Part shown: piece after piece, positions 1 to 11,600 of the stretch
Numbering within the stretch: the first letter of the stretch is position 1
Layout of the letters: every line of letters begins with the position of its first letter
IMG/VR virus record: IMGVR_UViG_3300017917_002740
Coordinates: 30,390-94,389 of that record
Length of the DNA: 64,000 nucleotides
Strand: one strand, 5' to 3'
DNA from: a virus
The notes under the pieces: generated by a model
Databases searched by the model: none
Seen by the model: the letters and a program-made list of their open reading frames with translations, nothing else
What the model was told of the DNA's origin: nothing
Translations under genes and position numbers: made by a program

Positions 1-368
1 AAATAGGGTCACCGCCGTTTGGCAAATATTTCTTATTTGACACAGACACCATGAATTTCTTTGCGGGTTATGTTGCTTCAGTAAATCCCAATATTAAAAA
101 AGTTGCCATGGGCATGCAGGCCAACGATGGCAATCACAGTTTGGAAGATCGCCGAGTACGAGGTAATAAAATTCTGTCAGCGTTCACTGATGCGGAAAAG
201 ATCTATCCTGTATTATATATGACCAAGCGTGAAATTTATGATCTGCTACCACAAAGCCTGCGTAACATTTTCTGGAGTTGCCGTCGCCCTGTTTATTTAG
301 AAAACAGTATCACACCCTGTAAAAAGTGTGATACCTGTGTCAAGTTACGAGATCAAGGTATTCGTTAA
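1..368 (+). CDS. QueC-like PP-loop protein, C-terminal part (5' truncated by the window)
   Basis: The frame stays open upstream of ATG 51 to the window edge. It carries TKREI..WSCRRP..CKKCDTC, the Cys cluster typical of the QueC C-terminal Zn site. Confidence 0.6.
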   Translation, partial: IGSPPFGKYFLFDTDTMNFFAGYVASVNPNIKKVAMGMQANDGNHSLEDRRVRGNKILSAFTDAEKIYPVLYMTKREIYDLLPQSLRNIFWSCRRPVYLENSITPCKKCDTCVKLRDQGIR

Positions 369-2845
369 ACTCCGTAACGATTTCTTGTTGCGTTAAAGTT
401 TTGTAGTACTTCGCCTGCTGTGAGTTCTTTACCGTAGCAGAGTACACGACCAATCTTACCGTTCAGCAAGTTCCCGCCAATACCAAAGCAGGCAATATTA
501 GTGTTGCCATTTTGATTGTGCGGAGTTTGATAACTTAGATTTTGTGTGTCTAAAACACCATTTACATAAAGTTTTATACCGTTGGCCACGCTGAATGTTA
601 CAGTAGCACAGTACCAAGTATCGGTATTAAATGTCATAACAGATCCAAACGCATTATAGGGAAAAACGTTACTGTGACCAGCATACAGAGTCGTGCTTTG
701 ATTAAAATACATAAAGTGTCCGCCATTGTCGCTGCTGACTAAGTTATTATCTGCTGAAAATGTGTCGATTTTGAACCATACCATTTTGGTATAGGCTGCT
801 TGAGGTATGATATTAGAACCGGCTACGGTAGCATATTGATTTACACCATCGAAGTTAAAATATCCTGGAGGACCATTGTCCCAGTATGGATTGTTAAGTA
901 ATGTAGCATTGTTACCAAGGCCTGAAAGGTCGGTCCAGGTAGTGCCTGTGCCACTGTAACTTGTGGTATTATTAGCATCAAGATTTAATGTAAGACTGTC
1001 AGTGGCGATACCATCAATATCAAAGGCCCAGTCCACACTGGCACCATAGTTAATACGATCACCTGCGTCAAAGCGGATACTACCACCATAGGTTGGAGGC
1101 AGATATGTAAAGGTTAGACCACCTGCTGTACCAGGATCAAAGTTTACACCTATTCGAATTATTTCTGGAGTGATAAGATAAGCATTGGCTCTGACAGTTC
1201 CTAATATATCTTCACCGTAGGCCACAGTCCAGCCTGTTCTAACTTTTAATAGTTCTACGTTAAAGTTAGTACTGCTATAGTCTACTACATAAGTGGTAGG
1301 GCTATTGCCACCGTAGGTATTAGTAGCTTGTGTTACACTGGTGAGGTCTTCAGAAACAGTATATACAAGTTCAGGCGGTGTGCTTGCTGGTAGGCTTGAA
1401 AACTGTAGGTTACCAAAATAATTTGGATCAATGATATAGTCACTCCAACCTGCCCCGTCACTGACCAAGAGACCAACTCGCAAATTAGGTGGATATGGCG
1501 TAGGTGTTATGAGATTATTGCCATATCCTATAGCAGTGAATGTAGCACCTGGATATGTAAATGGATCATCTTCACTGTAAGTTGGTGTATTGCTCAGTAT
1601 AGCAGCCTTGTAACTTACAACATCATCAAAGGCTGTGCCAGAACTCATTGCTGGTAGGAGGAACACAGTACCAGTCTGCGGCTGTACGGGTAATACAGGC
1701 ACAGAGAAGTTTGTAGTATATTTGGCGTATCCTTTGATGATATGTAGGTCTTTGATGTAACCTTGGAAGTTACCGTTAGGTATCTCGCCTGTGCCTACCA
1801 CGAGCTCTGCGTTGGTAGCAGTGATAGCTTGATTGGCATAGGGCCATGACATATACTCGCTACCATTTGAATAGAGTTTTACTGTGTTGTCTTTACGCAC
1901 TATGGCCATGTGTTCCCAACCTATGCCGTAGTGATTTTTCAAAGGTCTATATTCTTGTTGTGCAGGGAAACCGTTGTTGATCCAGAAAAAATCTCTGCCA
2001 ACACCTTCATAACTTAGACTTACTACCTGTCCAGAAGCAGAATTTAATAAACCGATACACCAAGGTCGAGTATTTACACCAATGGCTTCTGCTTTCTGCC
2101 ACCACTCAATGGTAAAGTCATCATAGATAAACTGTTGTGGTGCTTCGTACTTACTTCTTGTAGAATCATAGTTACTGGCTGTGTTGCCAAAGTCCAATCT
2201 AAATTCTGCCAGCATACCCTGATATCGGGCACTGATTCCATTGTTGGTTATGCTGGTTGTACCAAATCCTGCCACAAATGGATTGCCTTGTAACTCCCAG
2301 GAATGGGTGGCTGTGACCGCTGTTCCGCCGTTCAACTGTAGCAGAGCCTGTGTGCCGTTGTGTCTAAAGTAGATATGATTCCATTCATTGAGATTTACTG
2401 TGTTAGCAGTGGTCATTGGACCGATGTTCATACCTGCCCAGAATCCGCCAGTGATAGTATTATTGCCATTTATAGTCAAGGCAGCGTGATGGTAGTTAAC
2501 GTTTTCTGTAGTCTGTCCCTGTATGGTCATTAGTATGCGGCCATTAGCAGTGGGATAGAACCAAATGTTCATATAGACCTGGCTAACGTTGCTGAACACA
2601 CCAGTGGTCATTAACTGATTAGTGCCATTAAAATCCCACATCTGACCGGTGGTCATATTGTCAGGAAACGTGTAATTAGAATTGTAAAAAGGTTTGTCAG
2701 GATCTATACCTGCGGATCCCCAGACTATGGGAGAACCATCCCAGAAGTGTGTGCCGTCTGGAGAAACACCACCCCCGCCTCCACCCCCGCCACCACCCGC
2801 GGATATGGTTAGATTAGTGCCTATAATCGCTTGTATAATGCTCAC
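365..2845 (-). CDS. Virion/tail protein with about three LamG (concanavalin A-like) domains
   Basis: 826 aa with a poly-Gly linker near the N-terminus. LamG-type segments: WNHIYFRHNG..LQLNG, FTIEWW..WEHMAIVRK..LYSNG..IKDLHIIKG, and LNLDA..WTDLSG..LYVNG..QNFNA. Confidence 0.8.
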   Translation of the reverse strand: MSIIQAIIGTNLTISAGGGGGGGGGGVSPDGTHFWDGSPIVWGSAGIDPDKPFYNSNYTFPDNMTTGQMWDFNGTNQLMTTGVFSNVSQVYMNIWFYPTANGRILMTIQGQTTENVNYHHAALTINGNNTITGGFWAGMNIGPMTTANTVNLNEWNHIYFRHNGTQALLQLNGGTAVTATHSWELQGNPFVAGFGTTSITNNGISARYQGMLAEFRLDFGNTASNYDSTRSKYEAPQQFIYDDFTIEWWQKAEAIGVNTRPWCIGLLNSASGQVVSLSYEGVGRDFFWINNGFPAQQEYRPLKNHYGIGWEHMAIVRKDNTVKLYSNGSEYMSWPYANQAITATNAELVVGTGEIPNGNFQGYIKDLHIIKGYAKYTTNFSVPVLPVQPQTGTVFLLPAMSSGTAFDDVVSYKAAILSNTPTYSEDDPFTYPGATFTAIGYGNNLITPTPYPPNLRVGLLVSDGAGWSDYIIDPNYFGNLQFSSLPASTPPELVYTVSEDLTSVTQATNTYGGNSPTTYVVDYSSTNFNVELLKVRTGWTVAYGEDILGTVRANAYLITPEIIRIGVNFDPGTAGGLTFTYLPPTYGGSIRFDAGDRINYGASVDWAFDIDGIATDSLTLNLDANNTTSYSGTGTTWTDLSGLGNNATLLNNPYWDNGPPGYFNFDGVNQYATVAGSNIIPQAAYTKMVWFKIDTFSADNNLVSSDNGGHFMYFNQSTTLYAGHSNVFPYNAFGSVMTFNTDTWYCATVTFSVANGIKLYVNGVLDTQNLSYQTPHNQNGNTNIACFGIGGNLLNGKIGRVLCYGKELTAGEVLQNFNATRNRYGV

Positions 2846-2854
2846 AGCAGATCC

Positions 2855-5800
2855 TTAATCGTTGTCGTAGATGTCACCCGGGCCACTGACAATCCATACA
2901 TCTGGATAATCAGCATCGTTGTCGCTGGCACTCATAATGTAGCCTTCTTTGATTTTTAAGAATGTGACCATGCTTCCCGAACCCGAATCTGGAATACCAA
3001 TTACATAAGTTTCTATATTTCGTCCTGCCAGTTTCAATCTACCACGATTACTTGGGCCGGATTGACATTGTATGTAACAATCTGAACCTGTGGTATTAAC
3101 TAATGTAAATGTAAATCCTACAGGTAAAGTTTTTAACTGCCAATGCGGAATATAAACCCAACCATTCTCGTGTTCGTAGAATATGTGCTTGCCCGAATCC
3201 TGTTCTGTTAGATAATAATCATTAGCTGCAGGAATCTGCGGAATAACATTGGTAGCAAAACTTTGTTTGCTGCCGTCACCAAATTCTAAATACCCTGCGC
3301 TGTCATCGGTGATAGTATATGTCCATACTTTCAGTTCTCCGTCTGGTGCTCTGGTCACATAGTTGCGAGCATCAACAGTATTAGTAATAGTGTCAATGTG
3401 TTGATCTGCTGTGAATGATTCAAACGCTGGAGTAACAGTGGTCACGTTGACTGTGTGACGATTCATGATATGCTCACCAATGTTCCATCTTTCATCTATA
3501 TCAATATTAACTAAACCGTCTAACGGCAATTTCATTAGCAGAGAGTTGTAGTAGTTATCTGTAGGCACATAGGTATAGCCCGCCATGACAACATAATCTC
3601 CTGTGGCATCCGAGTAGATGTCGGTGAAATTAGCCGTAGGTGTGTTGTAATAGACTCTATTTCCGTTACCGTCTGAACTGAATACCCTGTGACGAATCAC
3701 CGTACCATTGTCCGGGTTGATAATCATATAGGCCAGTCCGGAATTATTATTATTGGTTCCTTGCTCAAAACTTACAACGATGTTGTTACCTAAGGGCTTG
3801 AGGCTGATTTCTGGATCTACCCATTCTGCGACACCTTGTGCTTCCATTGCGTAGGTCTTTTGCCATACTGCTGTGCCTGCCGCAGTAATCCTTGTAAGGA
3901 TAATTTCACTGCTTTCACCGCCGTACCATTCACCGCCTACCATGATATCTGTGCTGTTGGGTACAAGACATACCGCACGGGCTTGTCTATTAACAGTTGT
4001 GGCTTCAGTGAACTTGATGTCCTTGCTCCAAACTATAGAACCATCTGTAGCATCAAATTTAACTACCAATGCTTGATCGTAGTTGGTTTCGTAACGTCCA
4101 CGACCTACTGCGTACAAGGCTGTGCCGTCCGCACTCCAGGTAACATCGTAGAATCTATCACTGTTACCACCACCTATGGCATTGGTCCAGGTAGGTGTCC
4201 ATACGAATGCTTCGCCGCCCAAGTTCTGACGCATTGACCACGAACCACCTGGAGCACTAAAGTCAACACCATCTACACGGATTTTTAATACATTTGTTGG
4301 ACCAGTTCCTGATATTGTGCCTCCTGTAATGGAGTTTATACCACCACCGCCACCAACTGAAAATATGGTTAATGTGGCATCGTTGGCAGGACTTGTGCCA
4401 CCGCCAAACAAACTGCCGGCAATGGTTAGAACATCACCTGCTACATAATTAGATCCAGGATCGTTAATTCCATTATATGAGAAACTGCCATCTGCTGGGT
4501 TAATATAAACGGAAATTTGTGCTCCACTACCAGTTTGATAGTTGGTGCCTGTGACATTATTATAAGTGCCGCCACCGACATCACCACCGGTTCCCGAAAT
4601 AGATACTGCTTCAATTGATCCGCCTGCACCTATTTCTGTTACTTCAATAATAGCATCATTGGCAGGTGTAGCACCGCCCAAGGCAGTACCTAATATTTTA
4701 ATCTTATGTCCTACCAGATAGTTTGTACCTTTGTTAGGAACTGTGGCTAAAGCACTGACATAGGCAAGACCATCTCCTGCTGAAACAACTTGAAATTCTG
4801 CTCCGCTACCTTGGCGTACTGTGGTTGCGAGACTGGTGTATTGATTAACTCCATCTACATTGTTCTGTCCATTGATTCCTGTACCTGTGACCCAAAAATC
4901 CGAATAGTTGTCATAAGGACTACCTGGATAGTGTTCGGCGTCTATTTCTGATTTCAGTATGTAAAAATATCCGTCCAATCCATTAAGTATTGACAGTAGG
5001 CCAAACTCACGGTATTCGTTGTACTTCTCACCAACTATGGCAATACCGCCATCAACCTCTAATGTAGCAATACTGTTGGGGAAGATATCGCCTTCATCAC
5101 TGAGTGTAACAGTTTCCTCTATAACACCAGTAAGCGGATTTATGAAATAGACATTAGCCCAAGTCCAGAAGTTGTCTTGTGCGTCGCCTCGACCAGTGCT
5201 ATATTCTGTAGTTACTATAAGTTTATCGTTAAAATCGTCGTAGGCAATAGCACAGACATCGCCTTGGATATCATCGTAAAATGATGAAATAGTTGAATTA
5301 TATGTAAGGATGCCGACATCGTAGCCCGGTTTAACTGAAGCAGTAACTATTCCACCCGATCCGTCAATCGAGTTCACGATGATAATAAAATTGTTGTTCC
5401 AACCACCACCAATCTCGTAACCCTCAAATGGGATCTCTTCGCCTACTTTGTATCCTGTACCTACTTGGGTAATACCATTAATTGTAATGGTTCCGCCGCC
5501 AATTGTTATAGCAAATGTTGCTCCACGTCCTGCGGTAATTTGTTTGACCCATACTTGCTCACCTGTACGAATATCAAACTTATAAATCTTGGCATTATCG
5601 TTGCTGTTGTCGATATAGTAGTCACTGCCCAAGACATAAGCATAGTTGCCACGCACTACCACGCTCTCAAACCAAGCGTCGTCATCATTGTTAGGACGAT
5701 CACCTACGAGGTTGATGAAGCCTTTTATGGTATTGGGTATTGATGGAGTGCCGCCACCTAATACACTTTGTCCACTGCTGTTAAGAATGTCGCCACCTGA

Positions 5801-6766
5801 CGGTAATCTTAATGCTCCGTTGCTACTAAATTCCCAAGTCTTACCATCTTCGTCAGCATTAATAACAACACTATTGCCGCCGCTGATCCTTAATGCATTT
5901 CCGTTAATATTTTCGTCTTGATCGATGTAACCATAACTAAAACGAATTTCTCCACCTTCGGGTAGTTCTAAATTACCGTTGGTATTGAATGTCCATAACT
6001 TGAAACTTTCAATTGAGTTTGTAAAAATATTAATGTTACCTTCACTGGTAATTGCTAATGAGCCACCACCGAAACTTTCGCTTATTCTATAGTCTGATGT
6101 TCCTGGAAACTTTAAACTGCCATCGACACCAAATTGCCATTCTTTTTCGCCAGCTGATGACTTTACAAATACATCACTGTCTGATTCAATAGTTAAATCG
6201 CCATCATTGGTCTTAATTGTTGCTTGATCAGCCTGTAGAATATCACCGTCGAAACTATAGTTTCCTAATCCCGGACCACCACCGCCTAATAATCCAGTAT
6301 TGTCAGTTAGTTCTGAAATGTCTGTTGGCGCATTGGGGATATCTGTGTAGGTTATGTTTTGACTGATAGGAATGTTGTTTACTCGCAGTTCGTTAGTTCC
6401 TGGTTCGAGGCTTAATGGAACACCTCCGAGATATACTGTTGAATTACTAACATATAATGATCTGAACGGACGTGTTGGTGAACCAAGATTTCCACCTTGA
6501 GCTACAGATGGTAAAATGTCGCCACCTACTGTTAAATCGCTGCTGATTATTGTTGCTTGATCAATCACAATAGAACTACTGTCAGTAGTACTCATGGTAC
6601 TACCTGTAAATTCAAATGCTCCAAGATTTAGTGTAGGATCATTGACCAATCCCAACTGTGTATAAAGTTCCGTAAAATTTGAATTTACTTTTTGGAACGC
6701 GGCTCGTAGGCTGTCGCCTTTTTTGTCATTAGCTGTTTGACCTACATTAATTGTTTGTTTTGCCAT
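2855..6766 (-). CDS. Large tail fibre/baseplate-associated protein
   Basis: 1303 aa. The N-terminal KQTINVG..NDKKGDSLRAAFQKVNSNFTELY resembles the T4 gp9/gp10 N-terminal motif. It has three WxFxxxGxLxxP repeats, propeller-like repeats and two GG(A/T)xPAND repeats. Confidence 0.75.
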   Translation of the reverse strand: MAKQTINVGQTANDKKGDSLRAAFQKVNSNFTELYTQLGLVNDPTLNLGAFEFTGSTMSTTDSSSIVIDQATIISSDLTVGGDILPSVAQGGNLGSPTRPFRSLYVSNSTVYLGGVPLSLEPGTNELRVNNIPISQNITYTDIPNAPTDISELTDNTGLLGGGGPGLGNYSFDGDILQADQATIKTNDGDLTIESDSDVFVKSSAGEKEWQFGVDGSLKFPGTSDYRISESFGGGSLAITSEGNINIFTNSIESFKLWTFNTNGNLELPEGGEIRFSYGYIDQDENINGNALRISGGNSVVINADEDGKTWEFSSNGALRLPSGGDILNSSGQSVLGGGTPSIPNTIKGFINLVGDRPNNDDDAWFESVVVRGNYAYVLGSDYYIDNSNDNAKIYKFDIRTGEQVWVKQITAGRGATFAITIGGGTITINGITQVGTGYKVGEEIPFEGYEIGGGWNNNFIIIVNSIDGSGGIVTASVKPGYDVGILTYNSTISSFYDDIQGDVCAIAYDDFNDKLIVTTEYSTGRGDAQDNFWTWANVYFINPLTGVIEETVTLSDEGDIFPNSIATLEVDGGIAIVGEKYNEYREFGLLSILNGLDGYFYILKSEIDAEHYPGSPYDNYSDFWVTGTGINGQNNVDGVNQYTSLATTVRQGSGAEFQVVSAGDGLAYVSALATVPNKGTNYLVGHKIKILGTALGGATPANDAIIEVTEIGAGGSIEAVSISGTGGDVGGGTYNNVTGTNYQTGSGAQISVYINPADGSFSYNGINDPGSNYVAGDVLTIAGSLFGGGTSPANDATLTIFSVGGGGGINSITGGTISGTGPTNVLKIRVDGVDFSAPGGSWSMRQNLGGEAFVWTPTWTNAIGGGNSDRFYDVTWSADGTALYAVGRGRYETNYDQALVVKFDATDGSIVWSKDIKFTEATTVNRQARAVCLVPNSTDIMVGGEWYGGESSEIILTRITAAGTAVWQKTYAMEAQGVAEWVDPEISLKPLGNNIVVSFEQGTNNNNSGLAYMIINPDNGTVIRHRVFSSDGNGNRVYYNTPTANFTDIYSDATGDYVVMAGYTYVPTDNYYNSLLMKLPLDGLVNIDIDERWNIGEHIMNRHTVNVTTVTPAFESFTADQHIDTITNTVDARNYVTRAPDGELKVWTYTITDDSAGYLEFGDGSKQSFATNVIPQIPAANDYYLTEQDSGKHIFYEHENGWVYIPHWQLKTLPVGFTFTLVNTTGSDCYIQCQSGPSNRGRLKLAGRNIETYVIGIPDSGSGSMVTFLKIKEGYIMSASDNDADYPDVWIVSGPGDIYDND

Positions 6767-6778
6767 TTACTCGCTCCG

Positions 6779-8614
6779 TTAACCGTATGTTGCTAATTCG
6801 CCAAGCACAATATAACTGCCGCCAATATTTGAAATAGTAAACAGAACTACATCTCTCTTGCTGGCATTGCCTGTAGGTGGACTATTATCTTTCCACAATA
6901 ATGTTTGTGCTGCTCCATCTATTTGTACAGCAGTTGGTACTCTTGGGGTAATATCTTGTACTATGATCAATCTAACTTGTGTAATAAATCCATCAGCAAG
7001 ATTCATATTTGTGATGTTTACAGTGAAGTTTGCTGCAGGTGTTACATGTCTAAATGTGCTGCCTAACGCATAGTTATGAACAACCACACCAGTAGCTCCT
7101 GATAACGGAGTCACTGCAGATTGCACAGCTTTGCTTAACGTGTTTCCACCGACTGACAAATTATTTGTCACTGAAGCTGTAGTTGCATTTAAAACTGTTG
7201 CTGATAATCTTACGGTAGTTAATAGATTATTAACAATAAGATCATTTTCTGCAATAGCATCTGATTCAAATCTTATTAACGGTGTGACAACTATTGCCGA
7301 TGAATCAGCACTATCGATTAAGTTAGTAAACACATTACCTGTTAGTGTTCCTGAAAATGCTCCACTAAATGTGCCTGCAGTCAATGTATTGCTATTGGGA
7401 TTATAGGTTAAATTTGTGTCAGTTCTTACATTCTCATTACCGGTTGCTGTATCAACAAAAGTGATAAAGTGTGCGGCATTAGTAGTATCAGTAGCAGTCA
7501 ATGTCACAGTACTGGCCACATTAGCAGTTCCGTTAAGGTTTCCTGTTACGTTGCCTATCACAGTTCCTGTAAATGTTCCTTGTACAACTTCTGCTGGAAT
7601 TCTTCCACCAGGACCGTCAACTAACAATGTAGAATTATCTGCAAACACCGATCCTATGATATCTATTCTCTGATTAAGAGCAATAGTCATTGTGTCTGTT
7701 GATGGACTATTGGTTAAGATAATACCATAACCTTGAGTTATATTAAATGTATCAGCAGTATTATCTGATAAAATATCGTTGACTGACAAGTCACCAGTTA
7801 TATGAAATCTTGTAAATGCTGTCTGGGGAGCTACACCTGAATTAAAAGAAACTTGTGCAATACCTGTTGCTACGTCTGTAGAAACTTGTATACCAAAACC
7901 AGCTTGAACATCTATAATACCAGTATTGGTTATTCTTATATTATCACCAGTACCTGCGGTAATATTAATACCTGCGCCTGTAGATCTACCTGCTGGTAAA
8001 GTTGCTACGTTTTGTAAACTTCTAACACCAGTATTGGTAATGGTCAACGGATTAGTTCCAGATACACTTATACCAGAACCTGCACTGGCTGTGATAATAC
8101 CAGTATTAGTAACAATTATAGATTCTGCTCCGCTGTCAACATTTATGTTAATACCAGTGCCTGATGTAAATCCAAACGAATCGTTAAATTCTGTAGCAAG
8201 AATACTTTCATCGTTGTCTATTTGTATACTATTGAACCAAGTTTTAGCAGGATCAATAATTAAATTGCCGTCTACTGTGGAATTAGCCGGTAAGTCTACA
8301 GTAAATCCAATGCCTTTGACATGCGCCGATCCAAGATATAGACCGTTGGTATTGTTGCTTCCGGTCGTACTATATTCATTTAGAAACAGTGATTTCCATC
8401 GTCTGGTTCCTGTTTCTCCTAATGTATAGGTATTATCTGCAGCCGGACTTACATTAGTATCTAAAGTTGAAAAGTCAATAGGACTTAATCCGCTGCCATC
8501 GCCAACTGTGGCTACGAGGATGTCAAAGTTTTCATTAATCTTAATAAAAGCATCGTTGACATCACTCCATAGCAAGGGAGGACGACCTGGTGTAATATTT
8601 GAATTAAAAGACAT
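6779..8614 (-). CDS. Virion structural (fibre-like) protein
   Basis: 611 aa, Gly/Thr/Asn-rich, with N-terminal DAFIKINENF, AGSGISVS-type repeats and G-N-V-T-G segments. It lies within the structural gene block. Confidence 0.7.
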   Translation of the reverse strand: MSFNSNITPGRPPLLWSDVNDAFIKINENFDILVATVGDGSGLSPIDFSTLDTNVSPAADNTYTLGETGTRRWKSLFLNEYSTTGSNNTNGLYLGSAHVKGIGFTVDLPANSTVDGNLIIDPAKTWFNSIQIDNDESILATEFNDSFGFTSGTGININVDSGAESIIVTNTGIITASAGSGISVSGTNPLTITNTGVRSLQNVATLPAGRSTGAGINITAGTGDNIRITNTGIIDVQAGFGIQVSTDVATGIAQVSFNSGVAPQTAFTRFHITGDLSVNDILSDNTADTFNITQGYGIILTNSPSTDTMTIALNQRIDIIGSVFADNSTLLVDGPGGRIPAEVVQGTFTGTVIGNVTGNLNGTANVASTVTLTATDTTNAAHFITFVDTATGNENVRTDTNLTYNPNSNTLTAGTFSGAFSGTLTGNVFTNLIDSADSSAIVVTPLIRFESDAIAENDLIVNNLLTTVRLSATVLNATTASVTNNLSVGGNTLSKAVQSAVTPLSGATGVVVHNYALGSTFRHVTPAANFTVNITNMNLADGFITQVRLIIVQDITPRVPTAVQIDGAAQTLLWKDNSPPTGNASKRDVVLFTISNIGGSYIVLGELATYG

Positions 8615-11600
8615 TATGTTCTCCCTACAGCAATTTCAATTGTACCAATATGATCCGAATCATATGTTTGCAGTGCTTTACCTACTACTGTACCTACCGC
8701 AGCATTTGATCCTGCCGATACAGCAACTCCAGGTATATTAGAAGTCACTAACAAATCTCCTTTTTGTATTTTACCAACTACACGACATGGTACACGTCCT
8801 TGTAATGCTACAAGATTCTTGTGTCCTGGGCATGCATCGTACATTACAAACGCAGCAGTATTAGAAACAACTCCTGCTACTCTTGTATCATGATGCTTGT
8901 TAGATATAGTAACTTCTTTATCGCCGCCGAATACAAGAACTGTACCAACTTCATATTCTTTATCGCCTTCGTAGTACTCTGCAAGGTCTGCTGAATATGT
9001 AGCTTGTAATCTTGATTCGTTAGGCGAAGTTCCAGTTAGTGTCCAACGTCCTGTAATTGTACCAGCAGTAGTATTACCGCCTGTGGTAATAGCAGTTACT
9101 TGAATTTGTGAAGCAGTTACTGGTGCAAGGCTCAGACCATTTTGTGTTCTAAACTGGTGAGCATCATTGTCGTAGTATGTGATTTTATCAGCAGCCAACG
9201 AACCATTACTTACAAGTACTCCGCCGCCACCGTTCCAACCGTAGTATCTAATAACTCCACCTGTGGCTGTGGTTGTGCTATCTACAGAAATATTGTTATC
9301 GACTTTTAATTGTGATACATCAACTACTCTTGCACCAAAGTCACCATTGCTATCTCTTATAACAATTTTGCTGGCTTCTGGAGCAGCAGCAGTACCTGCA
9401 GCAGCTTCTACCACAGTGTAGTCGCCGTCTGAACTAAAGCTACCTGAGCTTGTTCTTCTTAAGAAACCTGTAGTTGAATATTGATTCTTTTTAATGGCGC
9501 CGCCATCGTCGACCACTGTGGTAAATGCCACTGCTGTAACGTTGGCTGTACCAAGAGTTGAATTTCCTAAAACAGTCTTAGTTGCAATTTGTGGCAAGTC
9601 AGGTAATACAAGACCGTTAGGCTTGACAGTGACCCATCCGTCAGTGACATCAAATACCGAGCTGTCAAAGCTGGCTAATCCTCTGTCTGCTTGTGTAATT
9701 CCAGTAGCATTAGCACGAGTTGTTGCAGCATTCATAGCCAACTTACTTTGTGCAATGGCCGCACTGGCATTAACGTCGGCATTGATAATTACGCCTGGAT
9801 TAATTTGAGCATCTATTTGATTCAGGGTTGAATCAACACCTGGTCGTAGATCAAAAGTTAAGTCTCCGACAACAGTAGCATTTACAGAACTGTTTCCAGA
9901 TCCAGTAAACACTAATATATCAGCGGAATCAAGATTAGTACCAGTAAAGTTCTGGAAGTTAGCCCAAGTTAAACTTCTTAGATTAACAGCATCTTGAGGA
10001 TTAGTTGGATTAGTTAGGTTAATGATCTTATTGTTATTAAGATTCATATTATTCTTCATACCCAACTGTCCGTCGAGTGCCATATATCCGCCTGTGTTTA
10101 CAGGTATCAATTGACTGTCAACTACTGGTGCACCGTCGTGTGTTAGACCTAATCTACGTTCGATATAGATACGTGCAGCATTTTCTGTTGGAACAGTGTC
10201 TGTGGCGTTGTCTGTAAAACCAGAGTCTGTTGAGAACTCAGATACAGGTACGCCTCGTTTAAATCCAATACCGTCAAGGTTACTTAAAGCAATACTTGAT
10301 GAGAATGTAACAGTACCAGTACCTTGGTCAACTTTAAAGTATGGGCCTACTCTGAAGTTACCAAATTGGTCAGTAGTTACATAGAAGCAACGACCAACAT
10401 CTCGTTCTTCAGTTTCGAAATCTTCGTTAACAGGGTTAACTGATTGACCATAAATTTCTTTTGGATAGTTTGTATCTGCATACGAACCTGTACCGATTTC
10501 TAATAAGTCATGTGATGTTACACGAGTTAGAGAAATACGAATAGTTAAAGTTCCTAAAGAACCAGTAGTTCTAATAGCAACTGCGGCTTTGGCAGTATAT
10601 GAAGAACCATATTGTATGATACTATCAACTAAAGGTCTATTTAAAGTTACCCTGGCATAAGGTTCATTTGTAACAGTTTCTGGTTCATAGGTTGAAACAA
10701 TATATTCTTCGCCCTTGAATACAAGTTTTGATCCAGCTACTCTGCTAATTTCTTGCGTAGCTACTGGTACCACGGCAAACGCACTGTCTCCTGCACGACC
10801 AGTAACCAATCCAACTCTGTGAGTTCCGCTTTGTGTACCTGTGGTATCAGCAGCAAGCCCGCCTGGTGTTAAACTAACTCTAAAGGAGTTTAGACCAAGA
10901 CCTGCAGCAAGAACAAAGTAATTGTTGGAAGGATTAATTCCGGAAGGCAAATTACCATCTGTGGTAAATTTAACAACGTCACCTGCTGAAAATCCGTGGC
11001 TGGATAAAGTTATCACGGCAGGAGATGCTATACTAATGGTACAGACAGCTCCGCTGGTTACAAATTCTCCAGGTTGCCAAATGGTTAATTCAACATAGTT
11101 ATAATTCTCTCTTAAATTAGTTTTGGTTAAACCATACATGTTAAACGTATGTGTTCCGGACCCTGCTGTAGTTGTATTAAGAGGATTTCCAAATCGTGTT
11201 GCAGAAATTGAAAATTCTGTTTCTGTTAATGCTGTTGAAGCAACATAATATATTTCACCTGGTAATATAGGATTTGGTAAACTGCCAGTAGTTGAGAAAA
11301 TTAGTGTGTAATTTTCTAACATACGATGTGTTCGAGCACCCTTTATAGTTAGACCTGTTCCGTTGGTCAGTGTAACAGTACTACCACCTGGACTCAAGGC
11401 AACTGTAAATTGATTATACTTAGGAACTGTCTTAATATAATAAATTGTTCCCGCAGTAAATCCGTTGGCTGTCGAAGTAGGTATAAACTGATCGCCTATT
11501 CTTAATTTGTGATTGCGAGAGGTTGTACAAACATCAGTATTAATAGTTGTTACAGTTTCTAATATTCTGATACTTACTGGCGAACTATTTGAAATGCTGA

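Noticed and set aside
2765-2800. GC-rich ccgcc/ccacc run as a regulatory repeat or G-quadruplex
   Set aside because: It is fully explained by the poly-Gly linker codons of the LamG protein.
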